Shown in pieces: positions 9,279 to 17,465 of a stretch of DNA of 64,000 nt. Every line of letters begins with the position of its first letter. The first letter of the stretch is position 1. A program made the translations under genes and the position numbers. Below the pieces are notes generated by a model. The model made no database searches. It was given only the letters and a program-made list of their open reading frames with translations, and was not told the origin of the DNA. The stretch lies in NCBI GenBank assembly GCA_016125495.1, contig WGLQ01000003.1, positions 1 through 64,000 of the forward strand. The letters run 5' to 3'. This DNA comes from Hyphomicrobiales bacterium. GTDB taxonomy: Bacteria > Pseudomonadota > Alphaproteobacteria > Rhizobiales > RI-29.

Positions 9279-10565
9279 ATGCCGGTGGAAATCGCGGGAT
9301 ATGGCAGGACATTCGTTGCCGGGCTCGTCCTGACGGTGCTCTGCGGCACGGGCGCCGCCGCGCAGTCGAAGAGTGTCGAGCGGGCCAACGCGCCGCAATG
9401 GACACTGCACGGCCTCGTCGAGGACGCCAACCGGCCCGGCCTCTGCCCAACGGCCTACGCAGCCAACTCCATAACCTCCATTATCCTCCACGCCCTGGAA
9501 GCCCAGCAGGCCGGCGACAAATCCCGCATGGAGCGCCTGCTTGGCATCGCGGCGCAATATCAGCGTGAAATCTGCCGAACGCCGGCCCCGGACGACGTCA
9601 TCTTCGTACGCTGCCGGATCGACGACGTGGAGGCCTTCGGCACACGAGTCACCATCGCCAAGCTCAGCGCGATCATCAAGAGTGAGATCACCAAGGGCGA
9701 ACGCGCCTTCTATGCCTGGACCTACGCGGACATCCGCGAAGCTCCCAAAGGAGACAAACGGGCGCAGGAACAGCACCGGCGCTGGTGCACGGACCAGGGC
9801 CAGCAGGCGAACAACGGCGAGCAGGAAGGAGGCCCGGTCAAACCCGACAAAGGAGGTGGCGAAGGCGCGGATTCGGCCGTTGTGCTCACGAGCGATCTGC
9901 TCTTGCGCCTGCAGCAGCGGCTCTACGATTTCGGCTATTCGATCAGTGTTTTCGACGGCACCCTGCAGCAGGAACTGGTGCAGGCGGTCGCGGCCTTCCA
10001 GCGCAATGCCGGTCTCGAGGCCACGGGCCAGATCACACGCCGGACCGTCGAACTGATCGATAGCACTCCGACGCCCGGTCCCTGGGTCGCGATCGCCTTC
10101 CTCGGCAATGGCCGCTATGGGACGTCGAGCGGACAGCTGACGAGGCGCGCCGCAGAGCAGGCAGCCCTGCAGCAACTGCGACGTCGCAATCGCTCGGGCG
10201 ATCCGCGCATCTCATCGGCCTCGGGGCCCGCGTGCCTGTCGCTCGCGACGACGAACTACACCAGCGGCTCGCGGCGGAACCGCGTGAACCACACCCAAGC
10301 CTTCACCAACGGAGCACGCGACAAGGCGGGCGCGATCGATGCGGTGCTCGCCTACTGCAATCGTGAGAAGGGCGGCGGCACGTGCCGCGTGCGCCATACC
10401 GAGTGCATCGGCACCAGCGCCGCACCCTCCGGCGATGGTCAGGGGCGCCATCTGCCGGGCGATCAGACGGCGGGCTCGTCGGGCGGAGGTTCGGGTCGGC
10501 ATCTGCCGGGCGACCAGTCGCTCGGCTCGCAGGGGCCCGTCGAGGTGCTGCCGAAGAAGCCCTAG
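9279..10565 (+). CDS. secreted protein with peptidoglycan-binding (PG_binding_1) domain and DUF4189-like C-terminal region
   Basis: Credible start MPVEIAGYGRTFVAGLVLTVLCGTGAAAQS (signal peptide); upstream part of the 702-aa track ORF is Arg/Pro-rich junk. PG-binding helix pair LYDFGYSISVFDGTLQQELVQAVAAFQRNAGLEATGQITRRTV. C-terminal tandem GRHLPGDQ peptide repeat encoded by a near-identical 23-bp DNA direct repeat. Confidence 0.55.
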   Translation: MPVEIAGYGRTFVAGLVLTVLCGTGAAAQSKSVERANAPQWTLHGLVEDANRPGLCPTAYAANSITSIILHALEAQQAGDKSRMERLLGIAAQYQREICRTPAPDDVIFVRCRIDDVEAFGTRVTIAKLSAIIKSEITKGERAFYAWTYADIREAPKGDKRAQEQHRRWCTDQGQQANNGEQEGGPVKPDKGGGEGADSAVVLTSDLLLRLQQRLYDFGYSISVFDGTLQQELVQAVAAFQRNAGLEATGQITRRTVELIDSTPTPGPWVAIAFLGNGRYGTSSGQLTRRAAEQAALQQLRRRNRSGDPRISSASGPACLSLATTNYTSGSRRNRVNHTQAFTNGARDKAGAIDAVLAYCNREKGGGTCRVRHTECIGTSAAPSGDGQGRHLPGDQTAGSSGGGSGRHLPGDQSLGSQGPVEVLPKKP

Positions 10566-10748
10566 GTGCAATCGAAGTTCGACCTAGTGCAGCGCTTCCA
10601 ACGTTTGGTTCGGAACCTTGCCGCGAGCGGGTACCAAATGTTGGATGCATAGGCTGCACAAGAATTACAAACTTGCTGGTGTTCCTCTTGGCGCCGACAC
10701 TTGAGCAATCGAGTGCCGCAAAGGGTATCAAGTGTCGGAGCCGGAACA

Positions 10749-12344
10749 CTAGTTCGCGCCTGGCCGCGTGCCGCCGGGCAACGGCGCGTTGGGCAGGCTC
10801 GGCAGACGATCCAGCCCCGCCATGAAGCGAGGACCGAAAATGCCGTCGAGCTGCCCCTCGTAGAGCCCTGCCTCGCGCATCAGGCGCTGCAATTCGATCC
10901 GGAACTCGAGCGTCCAGCCCTTCCAGGCACCGCGCATCTGACGCACGGTGTAATCGTGGCCGAGCCGCAGGGCGGCGTAGATCCAGCGCGCAGCCTGCAC
11001 GGGATTGGCCGGCAGGCCGTCGCCCGAGTCGTAGGCCGCGGCGGTGTTGAACATCGCGAATTTGTCCCCCTGGTGGGAGGCCGACAGGTGCAATCGCACG
11101 GCACGCTCGTGGTCGCGCGCAACGCCGAGTCCACGCTCCATCATGTAGCCGTAGTTGGTGAAGGCGGCGAGATAGCCCTGGCGCACCAATGGCTCGTAGA
11201 GCCGGGCCGCCTCGCCATAACGTTCCGCCTTCTGGTAGGACCGCGCGAGCTGATACATGAAGCGCGGCGTGCCGGGGTAGGCAGCGAGCGCCTTCTCGCA
11301 GACGGCGATCCCGGCGGTGCCGTCCAGCACACGGAATTCGTTGCCCGGCACCACGCGCTCGCGGTCGTTGTCACTGCCGGCGACGATGTCGCAGGCATCG
11401 ACCGGGGGACGACCGCTCGTCGAGGGGCCGTCCGTCCTGGTGCCCGTTGCGCCACCCCCGGGCGGCAGGAAGAGGCTGAGGTCGCCTTGCGCCGGCTTCT
11501 CGACGACGGCCGGCGGACCATCCTCGCGCACTGGACCAGGCGCCTGACGGTCGCCATCACCCGATGTCGAGCGGGCGAGTTCGAGGGTGCCGACAAGGGA
11601 AGAATTGTCCCAGGGGATCTGCTGCTCTGCGGTCGCTGCGATGACATCACGGCGAACGAGGCGGAGCATGGCCTGGACGTCGGTGTCCGGCGTCGCGATG
11701 TGGCGCAGAAGGGCGCCGGTGAACGGACTGTTTCGACCTTCACCGTCGAAGGCGACGTTGCCCGGCTGCGTCGCGTAGGCGAGCAAGGAACCATAACCGA
11801 CATCGATGGCCGCCAGACCCGCGCCGACCGCGTCCCGCCGCTCGCCGAGGGCCTCGGCGAGCGCCTCGCCGAGGGGGTTGTTGCGGCAGGCGTCGAGGAA
11901 AACGACGGTCGTCAGGCGGTGCGCGTAGAGAAGCTGGACGACCTCGTCGAGCGGCACCAGTTCGAACGGCAGATCGGCCTCGTCGGCGAGGCGGGCATCG
12001 ACCGGAAGGATGAAATTGCGGCCGTTCACCTGGAGCCCGTGGCCGGCGTAATAGACGACCGCCGTGCTCGCCACCTCGAGGCGTTCGGCGAAGGCCTCGA
12101 GGCGGCTCGCGAGATCGCCGCGAGCGAGATCGAGACCGAGGTGGACCTCGAACCCCATCGCATCGAGGGCGGCTGCAACGTCGCTCGCGTCGTGGACCGG
12201 ATTGGGCAGCGGGTCCGCGTTCTCATAGGCGGCATTGCCGATCACCAGGGCGATGCGCAGATCACCCGCCCGCACCGGCGACGCGGCGAGAAGCGCTGCG
12301 ACCGCTCCGAGCAAGACGAAGCGCAATACGGAGGTCATCGGCAT
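10749..12344 (-). CDS. secreted caspase-family (peptidase C14) protein with Sel1/TPR repeats and C-terminal PG-binding domain
   Basis: Signal peptide MPMTSVLRFVLLGAVAALLAASPVRA. Caspase His/Cys dyad in canonical context (VVYYAGHG ... VVFLDACRNNP). Sel1-like repeats (NYGYMMERGLGVARDHERAVRLHLSASHQGD...). C-terminal LQRLMREAGLYEGQLDGIFGPRFMAGL PG-binding-like segment. Confidence 0.75.
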   Translation of the reverse strand: MPMTSVLRFVLLGAVAALLAASPVRAGDLRIALVIGNAAYENADPLPNPVHDASDVAAALDAMGFEVHLGLDLARGDLASRLEAFAERLEVASTAVVYYAGHGLQVNGRNFILPVDARLADEADLPFELVPLDEVVQLLYAHRLTTVVFLDACRNNPLGEALAEALGERRDAVGAGLAAIDVGYGSLLAYATQPGNVAFDGEGRNSPFTGALLRHIATPDTDVQAMLRLVRRDVIAATAEQQIPWDNSSLVGTLELARSTSGDGDRQAPGPVREDGPPAVVEKPAQGDLSLFLPPGGGATGTRTDGPSTSGRPPVDACDIVAGSDNDRERVVPGNEFRVLDGTAGIAVCEKALAAYPGTPRFMYQLARSYQKAERYGEAARLYEPLVRQGYLAAFTNYGYMMERGLGVARDHERAVRLHLSASHQGDKFAMFNTAAAYDSGDGLPANPVQAARWIYAALRLGHDYTVRQMRGAWKGWTLEFRIELQRLMREAGLYEGQLDGIFGPRFMAGLDRLPSLPNAPLPGGTRPGAN

Positions 12345-12498
12345 CTCTCGAGTTCCGAGGTCTGCATCGTCGCGGATGGCGAAAGTCTCCCGCCAGCGGC
12401 AAGGATAAGCGCGACGGCCGGCCGGGACAACCGGTGGAGCGCTGACCAAGTGGGTGGCAGACCTCGGCCCGGCGCCCGTTCCGGGGCCGCTGCCCGCC

Positions 12499-13965
12499 TC
12501 AGAACTGGAAGTAGATGAAGGGTGCGACCCCCTCGGGGCCGATGACCTCGATCAGCCAGATGCCGATACCGGCGACCAGCCCGAGCCCGATGAAGCCGAG
12601 CCGCGAGAGCAGCAACGACATCCGCTCGACGATCGAGGCTGGCAGGAACTGGCAGACGAGCGCGCCTGCCACCAGTGTGACGACGAACGGCGTCGCCAGC
12701 TCGATCGGCGCGTCGAGCCGCTGGAGGCCTTCGAGGTAGGCGGTCGCCGTCGCGAAATCGGGTGAGCGAAAGAAAACCCAGGCAAAGCACACGATGTGGA
12801 ACGTGACGAGGATGCCGACGAGGCGGGAGAGGGGCGAGGCGGGCGGCTCGCCAGCGTGCGCCGTCGTGCCCGCATCGGCGACGGAAAGCACCGGTGCGGG
12901 GCGCGACACCATGGCGCGCAGCATGCGCTCGAAGGCGAGCGCGCCGCCGTGGATGAGGCCCCAGACGACGAAGGTCCAGTTGGCGCCGTGCCACAGGCCG
13001 CCGAGCAGCATGGTGAGGAAGAGGTTGCGGTAAGTGGCGAACGCACCATGGCGGCTGCCGCCGAGTGGCTTGTAGAGATAGTCGCGGAGCCATTCCGAAA
13101 GCGAGATGTGCCAGCGCCGCCAGAACTCCTGGAGCGAGGCCGCACGATAAGGCTGGTTGAAGTTGGCGTGGAAGTGGTAGCCGAGGAGCGCCGCCGTGCC
13201 GATGCCGATCTCGCTGTAGCCGGAAAAATCGCAGTAGATCTGCACCGCGTAAGCATAGACGCCGAGCGCGAGATCGATGCCACCGCGCGCCGACGGGTCG
13301 AAGAACGCCTCGTCCACGATCTCGCTCGCCAGATAGTTGGCGACCACCATTTTCTTGAAGAGACCGGAAAGCACGAGGACGAGACCGAAGGCGAGGCGCT
13401 CGCGGCTGAGGCGGGCGGGGCGCTCGAGCTGCGGCAGGAAATGCGCCGCGCGCACGATCGGGCCGGCGACCAGCTGGGGAAAGAACGAGATGTAGAGGAA
13501 GAGATCGAGGGGGGAGCGCACGGCTTTGACATCGCGGCGCGCGACGTCGACGACGTACGAGATGCCCTGGAACGTGAAAAAGGAGATGCCGACGGGCAGC
13601 ACGATCTCGAGCATCGGCAGATCGCGCTCGAGGCCGAAGTGGGTGAGAGCGCGCCCGAGGCTCTCCATGAAGAAGCCGTAGTACTTGAAGAAGCCGAGGA
13701 TCGCGAGGTTGAGGACGACGGCGAAACCGACCACCCAGGAGCGCGCCCGCTCGGAGGCGGTACGCACGAGGATGGCACCGGCCGTGTAGTTGATGAGCGA
13801 GCTGGCCGCGAGCAGCCCCAGGAAGCGCCAGTCCCACCATGCATAGAAGACATAGCTCGCCGCCAACAGGACGAGCTTGCGCAGCGAGGCCCGTTCCATG
13901 AGCGCCCAGCTCGCCGAGAAGACGAGCACGAAGAAGAGAGCAAAATCGAGGGTCGGGAATAGCAT
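12499..13965 (-). CDS. MBOAT family membrane-bound O-acyltransferase (AlgI/DltB/PatA-like)
   Basis: 489 aa from MLFPTLDFALFFVLVF. Multi-TM. Conserved MBOAT His in GLWHGANWTFVVWGLIHG and the YxDFSGYS motif (QIYCDFSGYSE). The two other long minus-strand ORFs here are alternate frames of the same DNA. Confidence 0.8.
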   Translation of the reverse strand: MLFPTLDFALFFVLVFSASWALMERASLRKLVLLAASYVFYAWWDWRFLGLLAASSLINYTAGAILVRTASERARSWVVGFAVVLNLAILGFFKYYGFFMESLGRALTHFGLERDLPMLEIVLPVGISFFTFQGISYVVDVARRDVKAVRSPLDLFLYISFFPQLVAGPIVRAAHFLPQLERPARLSRERLAFGLVLVLSGLFKKMVVANYLASEIVDEAFFDPSARGGIDLALGVYAYAVQIYCDFSGYSEIGIGTAALLGYHFHANFNQPYRAASLQEFWRRWHISLSEWLRDYLYKPLGGSRHGAFATYRNLFLTMLLGGLWHGANWTFVVWGLIHGGALAFERMLRAMVSRPAPVLSVADAGTTAHAGEPPASPLSRLVGILVTFHIVCFAWVFFRSPDFATATAYLEGLQRLDAPIELATPFVVTLVAGALVCQFLPASIVERMSLLLSRLGFIGLGLVAGIGIWLIEVIGPEGVAPFIYFQF

Positions 13966-14311
13966 TGCCGCGTCGGTGCCTCGGCGTCGATCGTGTGGGA
14001 GGGCACTGAGGTTGCCGGCCCGGTCGGCGAAATCCGCAGGCGGGCCGGTCGCGGGTCCCGGCGCCCCCCGGTGGGGACTCGCTCGAGCCTTGCTAGCAGA
14101 TGTCGCCGGTCGAGTCGCCCGGTCAGGCTGGCCATTGGATGGCCGACACGATCCGCGGGCGCGGCTGTGGGCGAAACGACTGGACGTGCGTTGCCCGGCG
14201 CGCCGGCCGCATGCTAACAACCCCGAGCCTGAAGGTCGCCTCGGGCACGGGCTCTCATGCACCGGCCGGCGCGCGCCGCCCTGCGGTTGGTGTGTTCCGC
14301 ACCTTCGGGAC

Positions 14312-14385
14312 GAGGCTGTAGCTCAGCGGTAGAGCAGCCGGCAATGGCCGGCAGGGCGGGGGTTCGAGTCCCTTCAGCTTCTCCA
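14312..14385 (+). tRNA. tRNA-like gene, non-canonical (6-nt anticodon loop CAATGG; G3:U70 acceptor; CCA encoded)
   Basis: Cloverleaf read by hand: acceptor GAGGCTG/CAGCTTC (G3:U70 wobble), D-arm GCTC-AGCGGTA-GAGC, T-arm GGGGG-TTCGAGT-CCCTT (two G:U pairs), 3' TCCA. The anticodon arm GCCGG-CAATGG-CCGGC has only a 6-nt loop, so no standard anticodon can be assigned. Could be a pseudo-tRNA or a sequencing indel. Confidence 0.5.
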
Positions 14386-14458
14386 AAACGACTAGCTCAG
14401 AGGGTAGAGCAAAGGATCGTCACTCCTTTTGTCGCGGGTTCGACTCCCGCGTCGTTTG
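14386..14458 (+). tRNA. tRNA-Asp(GTC)-like gene, atypical (C33, A1:U72, no encoded CCA), abutting the previous tRNA-like with zero spacer
   Basis: Acceptor AAACGAC/GTCGTTT + G73. D-arm GCTC-AGAGGGTA-GAGC. Anticodon arm AAGGA-TCGTCAC-TCCTT (GTC at 34-36 but C instead of U at position 33). T-arm GCGGG-TTCGACT-CCCGC. A canonical tRNA-Asp(GTC) exists at 22900-22977. Confidence 0.5.
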
Positions 14459-14841
14459 CCTGTGCTTTAAAACGCACACTTGGCTGGTAACCAAGCTCCA
14501 AAATGAGGGAGCCGGCAGCCGAACCGGCCTTCGTTGTGGTCGAGGCGAAAGCCGAGGCGGCACGCGGGCGAGCATCGCGGCGCCCTGTGCGCCCGGCGGA
14601 TACCGCCGGCCGGCAAGGTCCGAGCGCGGGACACCGGCGCCTGCCGTCCCTCGGGGCGACAGGCGGCCGCAATCCCGAGGCGAGGACGGCGCCAGCCGGC
14701 TCAAGCCGGCGCCCGTGTCCGGGATGTGGTGAGGCGGCCGGCGACCTTGGAAGCCACGATCGGACCCGACGAACCACGAACCACACGCGGCCGGGATGGG
14801 CCGCACCTTCGCGATGGCTGCACACACTCGGAGATCGCGCA

Positions 14842-15999
14842 ATGCGTCAATTCGGATTTTTCAGCGTCACCGTACGTGACGACGAGCGCGCGTTCCTGAC
14901 CCATGACGGTCGCTTCGTGCGGCTGCTCGAGCCCGGGCGCACGCGCCTCTTCGATCCGGCCGGGCGCTACGATGCCCGGGTGGTCAAAGTGGTGCGCACG
15001 GACGTGCCGGTCGACACCGCGCTCCTATTCGAGAAGGCGCACCCAAAGGTCGCGGAAGATAATTTCGAGATCGTTCAAACCGGCCCCGGTGAGGTCGCCA
15101 TCGTCGCGCTCGACGGCCAGCCGACCCATCTGCTGCCGCCGATGACGACGAGGGCCTACTGGCGCACCATCACGCTGGTCGAAGTCGAACTCATCGATGC
15201 CGCAGGGACGCTGCAGGTCGATCCGAAGCACCTCAAGCGCATGGACCTCAAGAGCAGTTCGGTGGTCGTGCACGAAATCATCAACGCGCACGAGATCGGA
15301 TTGCTCTTCGTCGACGGTGAACTCATCGACGAATTGGCCCCAGGCCGGCACGCGTTCTGGGCGGTCGGGCGCACGATCCGGATCGCCAAACTCGACATGC
15401 GCCCGCAGCCGATCGAAGTGACGGCGCAGGAAATCCTGACGAAGGATCGCGTCGGCATCCGCGTGACGCTGACGGCCTTCTACCGCATCACCGATCCCCG
15501 GCGCGCGGTCAACGAGGTCAACGACCTCTCCGGAACGCTCTACCGGCTCGTCCAGTTCGCGATCCGTGAGGCGGTCGCAACGCGCACGCTCGATGAAATC
15601 CTCGCCGCCCGCGACCAGATCGACGGCCAGGTACGCGAATTCGTCACACAGCGCTCCAAGGCGCTCGGCATCGAGGTGGGCGAAATCGGCATCAAGGACG
15701 TGATCCTGCCGGGAGACGTGCGCGAACTCCTCAACAAGGTGGTGGAGGCCGAGCGCACGGCGAAGGCCAACCTCATCCGGCGCCAGGAGGAGACGGCGGC
15801 GACGCGATCGCTGCTCAACACCTCCAAGCTGATGGAGGACAATCCGCTGCTGCTGCGTCTGAAGGAACTCGAAGCACTCGAGAAGCTCGTCGAAAAAGTC
15901 GGGCGGATCGATCTGCACGCCGGCGGGGGCAAGGGTCTCGAGGCGCTGTTGTCCGGGCTCTATTCACTGCGTCAGCCAGGCAAGGACGAAAACGGCTAG
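14842..15999 (+). CDS. SPFH/band-7 (stomatin/flotillin-like) domain protein
   Basis: 386 aa from MRQFGFFSVTVRDDERAF. SPFH core (VDLKSSSVVVHEIINAHEIGLLFVDGEL..., ITKDRVGIRVTLTAFYRI) followed by a coiled-coil tail (EAERTAKANLIRRQEE...). The in-frame upstream part of the track ORF is Arg-rich junk. No NfeD partner adjacent. Confidence 0.8.
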   Translation: MRQFGFFSVTVRDDERAFLTHDGRFVRLLEPGRTRLFDPAGRYDARVVKVVRTDVPVDTALLFEKAHPKVAEDNFEIVQTGPGEVAIVALDGQPTHLLPPMTTRAYWRTITLVEVELIDAAGTLQVDPKHLKRMDLKSSSVVVHEIINAHEIGLLFVDGELIDELAPGRHAFWAVGRTIRIAKLDMRPQPIEVTAQEILTKDRVGIRVTLTAFYRITDPRRAVNEVNDLSGTLYRLVQFAIREAVATRTLDEILAARDQIDGQVREFVTQRSKALGIEVGEIGIKDVILPGDVRELLNKVVEAERTAKANLIRRQEETAATRSLLNTSKLMEDNPLLLRLKELEALEKLVEKVGRIDLHAGGGKGLEALLSGLYSLRQPGKDENG

Positions 16000-16213
16000 A
16001 CGGAGCGGGCCGGCCGACCGCCGGCTGCCATTTCCGGAGCCCCTAGGCAGGCAGCACGAGGGCGGCCGCGATCCTCGAACCGCGACCGCCCCGACGCCTC
16101 ACCTGCCCTGCGGCCCGATGGTCCGCCCGCCCGCCCCGGAACGCGGGACAAGGAGCGGCGGGGGGACCTCATCGATCATTCGGGACTGTGCCGCAGGGCG
16201 TGCGAGCCGAGGG

Positions 16214-16390
16214 TTACTCGCCCTCTTTCTCGCACTTCTGCGTCTCCTCGTTCCACTTCTCGCCGTCGACGCAATCCTCCTGGGCGAAAACCGTCAGGGA
16301 ACGCTCGCCGACGGGGGCAAACGCCACCGCGACGTTGGCTGCGCCGCCAGCGATGCCGAGGAGGACGAGGAGGGTCGCAAACTTGCTCAT
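16214..16390 (-). CDS. small secreted/lipoprotein-like hypothetical protein (58 aa)
   Basis: MSKFATLLVLLGIAGGAANVAVA signal peptide, then an acidic Cys-containing tail (CVDGEKWNEETQKCEKEGE). Track ORF has an N-terminal extension. Confidence 0.35.
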   Translation of the reverse strand: MSKFATLLVLLGIAGGAANVAVAFAPVGERSLTVFAQEDCVDGEKWNEETQKCEKEGE

Positions 16391-16773
16391 GATCTTCTTC
16401 CTTTTCTCGTGATCCGTGACGCGCCGGCTTTCGGACGGCCCGCTGCGCCACACCAGGAAAATGATTGCGAATCAAGGCGATTTGCCGCCGCGTCAAGGGC
16501 ATCGGGGTGTCCATTTCACCCCGCGCGCTCACGTTCGGGAGAGATGCGGAAATATCAATGAACCCGGAATAAAATTATGCTTTCGGCTCAGAAAATGCCG
16601 TTGCATGCGCCACGTGGAACCTGCGGCCGGCAGACACCACACAGCGCCCGTGGCGCCAGACACGAGACGGTCCAAGCGACAAAATCATCGACCGCAGCAA
16701 ACGCGGGCAGGCCGCTTCGATCGCGGGCCGGGCACGACACGCCAACGGGACACGACGCACCACCGACGACGCT

Positions 16774-17289
16774 CTAGCGACCGCTGGCCCCGGCCCAACA
16801 GGCGTTGAGGTGCTGGCAGCGATCGGGACCGGCGAAATGGAAGCGACCCGCCGGCGTGTTCCACAGCGACTTGCAAATCTGATCGACGCTCCTCTTGGAG
16901 AACAGCCCGCGATAGCGCCCGCGCTGGATGGCCCAGCAGTCGGCCGCGGTCTCGTCGACGATGGTCATATGCGCGCACTCGTGCAGGAAGACGAATTGCT
17001 GGAAGGCGGCCGGATAGCGGCCCAGCAGCCGCATGTTGATGTAGAGTTCACGCAGCGAGGGGCGGGCGCGCCCGAGCGCGGGCATCTGGTTGTCGACGAC
17101 GATCTTGCCGAGACCGCAGGTCATGCGACGGCCACCGACGGAGAGCGAAGTCGCAGCCTCGGCGCGCTCGGCCGGGAAAAGCTGCGGGAGCAATGGCGGA
17201 CCGGCCAGCAGCAGCAGGCCGGCGACCGCCAGGGCCGCAAGCTTTTCAACCCAGAACGGCCCGCGCCGCGCATCCCTTCCCATTGCCAT
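16774..17289 (-). CDS. secreted Cys-rich HExxH (zincin-like) hypothetical protein
   Basis: 171 aa from MAMGRDARRGPFWVEKLAALAVAGLLLLAG (signal/TM). HECAH zinc-binding motif in FVFLHECAHMTIVDE. Six Cys. More protein-like than the antisense 310-aa ORF. Confidence 0.45.
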   Translation of the reverse strand: MAMGRDARRGPFWVEKLAALAVAGLLLLAGPPLLPQLFPAERAEAATSLSVGGRRMTCGLGKIVVDNQMPALGRARPSLRELYINMRLLGRYPAAFQQFVFLHECAHMTIVDETAADCWAIQRGRYRGLFSKRSVDQICKSLWNTPAGRFHFAGPDRCQHLNACWAGASGR

Positions 17290-17465
17290 GCCCGCCTCAT
17301 ACTTGACACCCAACCATTCCCGGCAGGCAGGCCGCCTTGCCGAGCGTCGTTGCGCTGGGTTACCGCGCCCAGCTTCGCCAGCCTTCCCGACGAAATGCAA
17401 GAGGGTGAGCGAAAGAGCACAAACGACCGGCTCCACCGCTGCCAACCCGAGCCCCAGCTGCCGGA

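Noticed and set aside
10701-12518. 605-aa plus-strand ORF antisense to the caspase-family gene
   Set aside because: The caspase reading frame carries the signal peptide and catalytic dyad. The antisense frame is Arg/Gly-rich junk.
12335-14135. 501-aa and 527-aa minus-strand ORFs overlapping the MBOAT gene
   Set aside because: They are the two other frames of the same strand. Only the 12499-13965 frame yields multi-TM MBOAT motifs.
14312-14460. Possibility that the tRNA-like pair is a permuted two-piece tmRNA (ssrA) as found in alphaproteobacteria
   Set aside because: Both units have D-arms and anticodon arms (full cloverleaves). There is no tag-peptide reading frame or pseudoknot-rich region between or after them. 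The G3:U70/CCA resemblance of the first unit to a tmRNA acceptor is not enough.
15025-15918. 297-aa minus-strand ORF inside the SPFH gene
   Set aside because: Antisense. SPFH frame strongly supported.
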